This document shows positions 1 to 6,871 of a stretch of 30,021 bases of DNA, piece by piece. The stretch covers positions 128,788 through 158,808 of the forward strand of contig NZ_PGGB02000001.1 of assembly GCF_002803295.2 (NCBI RefSeq), written 5' to 3'. The position numbers and the translations under genes are program-made. Source of the DNA: Caedibacter taeniospiralis (lineage in GTDB: Bacteria > Pseudomonadota > Gammaproteobacteria > Francisellales > Francisellaceae). Below the pieces are notes generated by a model, which saw only the letters and a program-made list of their open reading frames with translations, was not told the DNA's origin and did not search any database. Each line of letters starts with the position of its first letter. Position 1 is the stretch's first letter.

Positions 1-1109
1 TCATGTTCCCCAAGAGTGGTTAGACCATTGTCTTTTAAGCTATTGATGATGGTAGCAAACTTGTCACGACTTAATTGATAGGCGCTTATTTTGGTGGGGT
101 TGCCCATGGTTTCAAAAAATGCGCGGGTTTTATCGATAGCAAGTTTGATTTTTACATCATCACTTACGTTTTTATCCACCTGCCAGACACGTTCAGCGTA
201 CTGAATAAGTTTGGCTTTTTTCTTGTCTTTTTTGTATTCCATAATGCTTGGCAGGATAATGGCTAGTGTTTGTGCGTGATCTAAACCGTAAAATGCCGTA
301 AGCTCATGTCCAATCATGTGTGTCGCCCAATCACTTTGAACACCTTGGCTAATGAGTGTATTCAATGCCAGGGTTGCTGCCCACATAATATTGGCGCGGA
401 CATCATAATTATTCGGATCAGTCAGGACTTTTTGTCCTTCTTCGATTAGTGTGCTCAAAATCCCTTCAGCAAAGCGATCTTGCAAAGGTGCATTTTGTGG
501 GAAGGTCAAGTATTTTTCCATTACATGGACAAACGCGTCAACGATGCCATTTGCCACTTGTCTAGCTGGAAGCGTATAAGTGGTTTCAGGGTCAAGTACT
601 GAAAAAACGGGGTAAACCTTCTCATGCAAGAAGGCAAGTTTCTTATTTAAAGCGCGGCGAGATATTACCGAACCTGAATTCATTTCAGAACCTGTGGCAG
701 GGAGCGTGAGTACACAACCAAAGGGTAAAGCTTCGGTAATGTCGGCACGTTTTGCCAAAATATCCCAGGGATCGCCCTTAAATTTTGCTGCAGCGACAAT
801 AAATTTAGTGGCGTCAATAACTGAGCCGCCACCCACCGCTAACACAAAGTCAATTTTTTCTTGTTGAATCAGTTTTGCCGCTTTAAGGCAAGTCTCATAT
901 TCAGGGTTAGGTTCAATCCCCGAAAATTCGATAATCTGATGTTGAGACAAAGCTTTTGTAACCTGAGCATAAACCCCGTTTTGCTTGATGCTGCCACCAC
1001 CATAAATTAATAACACCTTTCGATTTTTGGCAATCGCATCGCTTAATTGTGTAATTTGACCCTTGCCAAAATAAATACGCGTTGGGTTATGATAAATAAA
1101 ATTTTCCAT
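1..1109 (-). CDS. yqhD: Iron-containing (group III) alcohol dehydrogenase / NADPH aldehyde reductase, YqhD-like; the C-terminal end runs off the left edge
   Basis: The frame is open to the window edge, so it is absent from the ORF track. Minus-strand ATG at 1109-1107 with GGAG 6 nt upstream. Own translation: MENFIYHNPTRIYFGKGQITQL..VLLIYGGGSIKQNGVY..EFSGIEPNPEYET..LAVGGGSVIDATKF..CVLTLPATGSEMNSGSVISRR..RQVANGIVDAFVHVMEKY..YDVRANIMWAATLALN..DWATHMIGHELTAFYGLDHAQTLAI. This is collinear block for block with E. coli YqhD as I recall it. Confidence 0.9.
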   Translation of the reverse strand, partial: MENFIYHNPTRIYFGKGQITQLSDAIAKNRKVLLIYGGGSIKQNGVYAQVTKALSQHQIIEFSGIEPNPEYETCLKAAKLIQQEKIDFVLAVGGGSVIDATKFIVAAAKFKGDPWDILAKRADITEALPFGCVLTLPATGSEMNSGSVISRRALNKKLAFLHEKVYPVFSVLDPETTYTLPARQVANGIVDAFVHVMEKYLTFPQNAPLQDRFAEGILSTLIEEGQKVLTDPNNYDVRANIMWAATLALNTLISQGVQSDWATHMIGHELTAFYGLDHAQTLAIILPSIMEYKKDKKKAKLIQYAERVWQVDKNVSDDVKIKLAIDKTRAFFETMGNPTKISAYQLSRDKFATIINSLKDNGLTTLGEH

Positions 1110-1220
1110 GAAGTACTCCATTTTTAGATCAATGTCATCAGAGACGAAAGAGATGTTTGATGACGATAGCAAGGCGGGATTTTAACATATGTAGACATGG
1201 TTTTGTATTGGTTTATTCAA

Positions 1221-3425
1221 TTATTGGTTGTCGTTGACTTGCTGAGTTTGCCTGATTTTTAACAAGCGTAAACTATTAAAGACAACCAAAAGAGACGCCC
1301 CCATATCGGCAGCAATTGCCATCCAGATATTGGCAAGCTCTAGAATGGCCAGTGTCATAAATACGATCTTAAGTCCCAGTGCAAAAGTAATGTTTTGTTG
1401 GATAATGGCTTTAACTCGCTTAGCGTGTTGAATAAGCCATGGTAATTTTGCCAAATCATCAGACATTAAAGCAATATCGGCTGTTTCAATAGCAACATCA
1501 CTGCCTGCATCTCCCATCGCAAGACTCAAATCCGCAGTGGCCAAGGCTGGCGCATCATTAATACCGTCACCTACCATGGCAACGGTGTGGTATTGCTGTT
1601 TTAAAGCGTTGATTTTTTCTACTTTATGCTCAGGTAATAGCTCAGAGTAAACCTCATCAAGCCCCGCTTGATCGGCAATAAATCGTGCCGCGCCCTTGTT
1701 ATCTCCCGTTAATAACACAGTTTTTATCCCAAGAGCCTTTAATTGTGTCAAGGTTTCTTTGGCATTTTCCTTGATGCTGTCAGCAACCGCGAATAACCCT
1801 AAAATATGATTGCTATTAGCGAAAATAAGCAATGAATGCCAGGTTTTTTCTAACGCCAGAATCTGATCATGAAAATCGCTTAAGTCATCGGTAATTTTCG
1901 TTTTTTCATGCAGATACTGGTGGCTTCCAATCCAGTAACCATGTTCGTCAATATCGCCTGTAATTGCTTTGCCTTTAATAACCTGGATGTTGTTTGCGAC
2001 AAACGCTCTAGCCAATTTCAATTCAGCCATTTTAGCAAAGATAGCCTTGGCTAAAGGATGATTATTTCCTGTTTCTAATGCCGCAGCTAATTGAAGCAAT
2101 TGTTCATTACTGTATTCCTTGGAGATATTGATAATAGATTGGATAACGGGTTTCCCCTTAGTGATAGTGCCTGTTTTGTCAAAAGCAATGGCTTTAAGTT
2201 TGGCGGGTATTTCTAAAAAGCTCCCGCCTTTGATTAATATGCCATGATTTGCGGCGGCACTTAAACCTGAGACGATACTCACAGGGGTGGAAATCACAAG
2301 TGCACAAGGGCAAGCAATGACAAGAATAACCAGTGCTTCATAAATCCAGTTATGCCAGCTGCCACCAAATAAAAGCGGGGGCATGAGGGCGATTAAAAGT
2401 GCCAACAGCATCATCAATGGAGTGTAGTATTTGGCAAATTGCTCAACCCACATCTCCGATTTGGCTTTGTTTGCCTGTGCCATTTCAACCTGACGAATAA
2501 TGTTGGATAAAGTTGAGTCTGTGGCAAGTTTAGTGACGCAAACATACAAAAGACCATCTTCATTTAAACTGCCAGCAAATACCACATCCCCTTCTTTTTT
2601 CTCGATAGGGAGCGACTCCCCTGTAATGGGGGATTGATTAATAAAACTCGTACCCTCCTTCACCACACCATCCAAAGGGATACGTTCACCAGGTTTGATG
2701 ATAATCGTAGCACCAATGTTTACCTCTTCGACTTTTTTAACATCGATATCTTTATGATGTGCGCAGTACACATTGGCAGTTTCGGGGGTAATTTCCAACA
2801 GGGCTTGAATGGCTTTGCGCGCTTTACCTACGCTCCAGGATTCAAGCAATATCGCAATTGAAAATAAAAATACAATCATTGCCGCCTCTAACCACTGCCC
2901 TAATAACATGGCGCCGATGACTGCAATTGTCATTAAGAGATTGATATCAGGACGTAAGCGCTTTAATGCACTCCAGGCTTTGGGATAAATATAAATGCCA
3001 CCAACAAGAAGTGACAAGGCATAGAAGATAAGCGAACTAACTGGCTGACTGCTCAGAGAGCTGTGTTCCCCAATAAGAGCATGCAAAAAACCATGATAGC
3101 TGCCATGAATGGCGTAGCCGATCAATAAAAATACTGCGCAGATAAGTGTTAAAATGCCGCGTATATGCTTGCGCCAAAAACCATCGTTATTCGTCTTCTG
3201 TTTTAGTTCATATTGCTGCCAGGTAACAAATCGATAACCTGTTGCCTTTAACCTTTTCTCAATCTCAGATGAATTAAACACTTTTTCTCGATCATGGACT
3301 ATCAGCTTGCCTTTGAGGAGGTTAAATTGTAAAAATGCCTCATCTTTGACATAAGGCAAAAGCTCGCGCTTAACTACGGAGACCTCATCTAAGCAATCCA
3401 TGCCATAAATTTTATATTCAAACAT
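1221..3425 (-). CDS. Heavy-metal translocating P1B-type ATPase, ZntA/CadA-like (Zn/Cd/Pb subgroup)
   Basis: 734-aa ORF. It has the phosphorylation motif FDKTGTIT, the actuator motif ITGES, the hinge motif VGDGINDAP and a TM6 CPC (ACPCALVISTP). A conserved Lys (GLKIVF) and DMG (AADMGAS) in the last two helices are typical of the P1B-2 subgroup. The N-terminal HMA-like domain has a degenerate site, GMDCLDE. Confidence 0.9.
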   Translation of the reverse strand: MFEYKIYGMDCLDEVSVVKRELLPYVKDEAFLQFNLLKGKLIVHDREKVFNSSEIEKRLKATGYRFVTWQQYELKQKTNNDGFWRKHIRGILTLICAVFLLIGYAIHGSYHGFLHALIGEHSSLSSQPVSSLIFYALSLLVGGIYIYPKAWSALKRLRPDINLLMTIAVIGAMLLGQWLEAAMIVFLFSIAILLESWSVGKARKAIQALLEITPETANVYCAHHKDIDVKKVEEVNIGATIIIKPGERIPLDGVVKEGTSFINQSPITGESLPIEKKEGDVVFAGSLNEDGLLYVCVTKLATDSTLSNIIRQVEMAQANKAKSEMWVEQFAKYYTPLMMLLALLIALMPPLLFGGSWHNWIYEALVILVIACPCALVISTPVSIVSGLSAAANHGILIKGGSFLEIPAKLKAIAFDKTGTITKGKPVIQSIINISKEYSNEQLLQLAAALETGNNHPLAKAIFAKMAELKLARAFVANNIQVIKGKAITGDIDEHGYWIGSHQYLHEKTKITDDLSDFHDQILALEKTWHSLLIFANSNHILGLFAVADSIKENAKETLTQLKALGIKTVLLTGDNKGAARFIADQAGLDEVYSELLPEHKVEKINALKQQYHTVAMVGDGINDAPALATADLSLAMGDAGSDVAIETADIALMSDDLAKLPWLIQHAKRVKAIIQQNITFALGLKIVFMTLAILELANIWMAIAADMGASLLVVFNSLRLLKIRQTQQVNDNQ

Positions 3426-3452
3426 TTAATTCACCTCTTGTTGATTTAATGA

Positions 3453-3682
3453 TTTAATGGCACTCCCTTAAGCGCTCACTACCCCGCCTCGCAAGCTCGG
3501 CACCCCTTCACGAGTGAAGGGGAATTGTGGTGCATGTGTTAATTCCCCTTCGTTAGCGAAGGGGGTGAAAAGCGCCCGAAAGAAGCAAACAGTTTTGCTT
3601 CTTTAGCTTTGAACGCCACAAGCTCTGCGCGTGAGGCTGACGGGGTAGTTTTTTATAAAACTGCTTAAGGTAGTGTCATTAA
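3453..3682. mobile_element. Non-autonomous MITE-like palindromic element (about 230 bp) with 20-bp terminal inverted repeats and an 8-bp target-site duplication
   Basis: TIRs at 3454-3473 (ttaatggcactcccttaagc) and 3663-3682 (reverse complement ttaatgacactaccttaagc) match 18/20. The direct repeat TTTAATGA is at 3445-3452 and 3683-3690. There is no ORF, and the interior is nested hairpins. Confidence 0.75.
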
Positions 3683-3683
3683 T

Positions 3684-4001
3684 TTAATGATTTTCATCGA
3701 CCCAATGCTGGTACATATCCTGCAACATATGACGCACGTGCTCATCATATAGTGCATAGAATATCTGCTTGCCTTGGCGTTCGCCTTTTATTAGGCGTTG
3801 CTGCCTCATAAGCTTTAAGTGGTGACTCACTAAAGGTTGTGATAGCTCTAGTGACTCCACAAAACAATTGACTGGGGTGGGTGACTGACTGCACATAAAC
3901 AGGATGCGCATGCGATTAGCATCTCCCATGACATGACAGACATCCGCCATTTTCTTTAAGACTGGTTCATTGATATCTAACATATATAAAAATAAATTCA
4001 T
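3684..4001 (-). CDS. ArsR/SmtB-family metal-sensing transcriptional repressor (CzrA/SmtB-like alpha5 site)
   Basis: 105-aa ORF with a winged-HTH core, LSQPLVSHHLKLMRQQRLI..GKQIFYAL. The C-terminal DEHVRHMLQDMYQHWVD has D-x-H-x10-H-x2-D spacing, equal to the alpha5 Zn/Co site of SmtB/CzrA. It lies directly upstream of the ATPase and on the same strand. Confidence 0.85.
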   Translation of the reverse strand: MNLFLYMLDINEPVLKKMADVCHVMGDANRMRILFMCSQSPTPVNCFVESLELSQPLVSHHLKLMRQQRLIKGERQGKQIFYALYDEHVRHMLQDMYQHWVDENH

Positions 4002-4081
4002 ATAAAATTATTTTTATGCAATATAAGCTAGAAGATGGAAAATGTAAAGCGTTAAAGATTTGGGCGATGACAATATTTTTT

Positions 4082-4140
4082 CCCATGATGGCGCATTACG
4101 TAGGGGTGTATTGCATACGCCTTTGTAAAAATGGGTGAAA
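4082..4140 (-). repeat. REP-like hairpin repeat, copy A (reverse orientation)
   Basis: The reverse complement reads tttcacccatttttacaaaggcgtatgcaatacacccctacgtaatgcgccatcatggg. It is nearly identical over about 55 nt to copy D at 28838-28904. Confidence 0.8.
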
Positions 4141-4413
4141 ATTCTGTCAAGCCCGAAATTTGATATATACCCATCGTAACTCATTTTATTTTACGATGGG
4201 TAATACTAAAACAAAAAATTACAGGGCTTTTAACTTTACCAAGTTGGGTTAATACGATTTGAGGGGCTTGTCTTTTCAAGGGAGGACTCAAAATTATTTT
4301 AGATTTCCTTATGGCTCCATAGCTTAACATGAAATCATGGAAAATTTAAGGGATGTACCATTAGGTTCTGTGGACCAAAAAAACTACATGATTAGATTAG
4401 ATTAGATTAATTT

Positions 4414-5429
4414 AACGCCATGTTCAACTTTTTTAGGTCGAAGCTGTGTGGTAGATATTGCATAGCATAAGGAAAAGCTTTAGTTTTTAATTTGCACAAA
4501 AAAACAGGAAGCCGCGCCTTATGCTATTAGAAGACTTTATCATTTCTGTGTATTGTTTGGTAGATGATGAATTAAAAAATCTGATAAAAAAGCGACCCTT
4601 AAGAGCTCGAGGCTTTGCACCAAAGCTTTCAGATGCAGAAGTGATTACAATGGATATTGTAGGAGAATTTATGGGCAAAGACACAGACAAGGGTATATGG
4701 CAATACTTTAGAACGCACTGGCAACTCTGGTTTCCTGAGCTTGGTAGTCGTAGTAACTATGTGAAGCAATCTGCAAATTTATGGCAGGTTCATCAACAAA
4801 TACAACGTGTTCTGGCAAGCAAGCTAAGTGCTTTTGCAGATTCTATCCATTTGGCAGATGGCTTTCCAATCCCCGTGTGTCATTTTAAGCGGGCACGTTC
4901 AAGTAAAGTTTTTAGGGGGACAGCCACTTATGGGTATTGTGCTTCAAAGGAGGAAACATATTACGGCTTCAAGGGTAATATATGTGTCAGCTCAGAAGGC
5001 ATTATTACCGGGATTACGGTGACACCTGCACATATTGACGAAAGGGAATCGCTCTATGAAGTTGTGTCTGACATTCAAGGCTTATTACTTGCTGATAAAG
5101 GTTTGATTGGTCAGGATTATCAAAAAGACTTCATGCTGGAGACTGGCATTGATTTGCAGACCCCTGCGAGGAGAAATATGACAGATAGCCGAGGAAAAGA
5201 TGCCAATCGCTGGATTATATCTACTCGTAGGCTGGTGGAAACTGTTATTGGTCAATTCACTGAACGTTTTAATATGGAGAAAGTTCGTGCTCGTGATTGC
5301 TGGCATTTAACAAAGCGAATTGCCAGAAAGGTACTTGCGCATACTGTTGGTGCTGTCATATGCAAGAGTCAAGGTTATTCAGCCATACAGTTTGAGAAGT
5401 TGGGAATTTAAAAAGTTGAACATGGCGTT
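4414..5429 (+). mobile_element. Insertion sequence, IS982-family-like, 1016 bp, single transposase ORF
   Basis: Perfect 20-bp terminal inverted repeats: aacgccatgttcaacttttt at 4414-4433 and its reverse complement at 5410-5429. It contains one 296-aa DDE transposase ORF. The size, single-ORF layout and AC-type ends fit IS982. I found no clear flanking direct repeat. Confidence 0.85.
4521..5411 (+). CDS. DDE transposase (IS982-family-like)
   Basis: 296-aa ORF with an N-terminal YCLVDDELK motif. Candidate DDE triad: HLADGFPIPVC, LLADKGLIG and RRLVETVIGQ. YGYCASKEETYYGFKG is typical of this transposase group. The stop codon lies inside the right IR. Confidence 0.85.
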   Translation: MLLEDFIISVYCLVDDELKNLIKKRPLRARGFAPKLSDAEVITMDIVGEFMGKDTDKGIWQYFRTHWQLWFPELGSRSNYVKQSANLWQVHQQIQRVLASKLSAFADSIHLADGFPIPVCHFKRARSSKVFRGTATYGYCASKEETYYGFKGNICVSSEGIITGITVTPAHIDERESLYEVVSDIQGLLLADKGLIGQDYQKDFMLETGIDLQTPARRNMTDSRGKDANRWIISTRRLVETVIGQFTERFNMEKVRARDCWHLTKRIARKVLAHTVGAVICKSQGYSAIQFEKLGI

Positions 5430-5431
5430 TC

Positions 5432-6742
5432 AGTAACTAATTCGCATTTTTAAAACTTAATGACCCGTGTTACGACTGCAGAAGACCACTGAATTAGTCA
5501 CCGTGTTTAGTCTGGTAATTAAATCCCAAAAAAATCACAGTACAGCAAATCAAATCACCTATTTTCATAGGCAAAACGAGTAAAAAAAGTAAAAAAAGTA
5601 AAACGAGGTAAAACATCATGATGTCAATTGGTTCTGATCGCAGTAATGCAAAGTACTTTCTGGCAACGGGTCTATTTATTTCTGGCGTTATCAATTTGGC
5701 TTTTCCTACCTTCTTAGGGGCAGGGGTGGCGATTATGTTTGTCCTCATGTTCATCAACGGTTGGGTGCAGGGCATGGGGTGGCCTGCTTGTGCACGCATT
5801 ATGACTCACTGGTTTAGTGACAAGGAACGTGGAACTAAAATGGGGATTTGGAATACTGCCCATAATGTTGGTGCAGGATGCTTAGCTATTGCCGTTGTCC
5901 CTTTGGGAATTTTTTTATTTGGAAATAACTGGCATGGTCTATTTTACCTTGCAGGGATGCTTTGTATTTTAGTGAGCGTCTTGATTATTTTGTTGGGCGC
6001 GGATACCCCACAGTCTGTGGGGCTTCCTCCCATTGAGGAATACAGTCATTGTACGCCTCCTTCTGAAACAAGCGAAATGGCCAAAAATCGTGAGAAAGAG
6101 TTAGGAGCCAGAGAGATTTTCTTCCACTATGTGCTTAATAACCCATGGATATGGACGATCGCCATTGCCAATGCCTTTGTTTATTGCGCACGTTACGGAC
6201 TTCTTAGCTGGTCAGGCTATTATCTTGTGCAGGTGAAGCATATGTCTTTGACGACCGGGCTTCTTGGCTTTGCCTTATTTGAGCTTCCTGCCATTCCAGG
6301 AACCATCCTGATTGGTTGGTTGACAGACCGTGTGTTTGGTGGCAGAAGGGCGCCGATGAATGTCATTTGTATGATTTTGTTTATTGCGGTGCTGTTTGTT
6401 TATTGGCAAAGCAACACAGCATGGGTATTGCTTACTTCGCTATCGCTAATGGGCGTACTCATTTATGGTCCTGTTGCCCTTATTGGTATTATGGCTTTGG
6501 ATCTTGCGCCCAAAAAAGCGGCAGGCACTGCAGCTGGGTTCACTGGACTCTTCGGATATTTTGTCGGTACCGTTGGTGCTCAAGCGGTGATTGGATTTAT
6601 CGCTGCCTGCTATGGCTGGAACCAGGTGTTTATTTTCTTAATTAGCGCCAGTGTTATTGCCCTTATCCTGCTTGCAGCTTGTTGGAATGTACATGAACGA
6701 AATCATGGCCATCATGGACATTTAAGGAGGACTCGGTCATGA
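5432..6742 (+). pseudogene. GlpT/UhpC-family MFS organophosphate:phosphate antiporter, 5' end disrupted (the intact ORF covers only 5618-6742, 374 aa)
   Basis: The ORF aligns by eye with E. coli GlpT from about residue 80 onward. Matching blocks: SDRSNAKYF vs SDRSNPRVF; WVQGMGWPACAR vs WFQGMGWPPCGR; DTPQSVGLPPIEEY; LAPKKAAGTAAGFTGLFGY. About 80 N-terminal residues (TM1-2) are therefore missing. Region 5432-5617 holds stop- and frameshift-interrupted remnants (SN*FAFLKLN ~ KNFALAMPY; TELVTVFSLV ~ GDLGFALSGI; SPIFIGK ~ SIAYGFSK) and abuts the IS right end. Confidence 0.65.
5572..5607 (+). repeat. Tandem 9-bp repeat x4 (CAAAACGAG TAAAAAAAG TAAAAAAAG TAAAACGAG)
   Basis: Read directly from the sequence. 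It lies in the decayed 5' part of the transporter gene, just upstream of the 5618 ATG. Confidence 0.8.
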
Positions 6743-6871
6743 AAGGGATTCTAAGCACATTATCCTTTAAGTTCTGCACGCTCTTACAGCTACTGGGAGG
6801 TGCGCACAGTACAACTTAGACATTCTTCTGGAAATTTGATTCACTCAGTATTCATTGCCACAGGATGGGTA

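Noticed and set aside
4169-4201. Perfect 11-bp inverted repeat acccatcgtaa..ttacgatgggt as a terminator
   Set aside because: No U-tract follows it on either strand, and no gene ends nearby, since it lies upstream of the ArsR-type gene. The function is undetermined, and I cannot support a terminator call.
4313-4328. tRNA-like 5' string ggctccatagcttaac
   Set aside because: The downstream sequence cannot form D, anticodon or T arms or an acceptor stem. No tRNA cloverleaf is found here or in any other intergenic region I read.
4391-4408. Pentanucleotide repeat (ATTAG) x3.6 next to the IS left end as a phase-variation switch
   Set aside because: There are only 3-4 units, which is too few for efficient slippage. 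The repeat lies in sequence that is already non-functional (the decayed transporter 5' region). I note it only as a landmark.
5494-5799. 101-aa minus-strand ORF overlapping the start of the transporter ORF
   Set aside because: Its hydrophobic LLFLLFLLVL stretch is just the reverse translation of the 9-mer A-rich tandem repeat. The rest is antisense to a clearly homologous GlpT-family frame.
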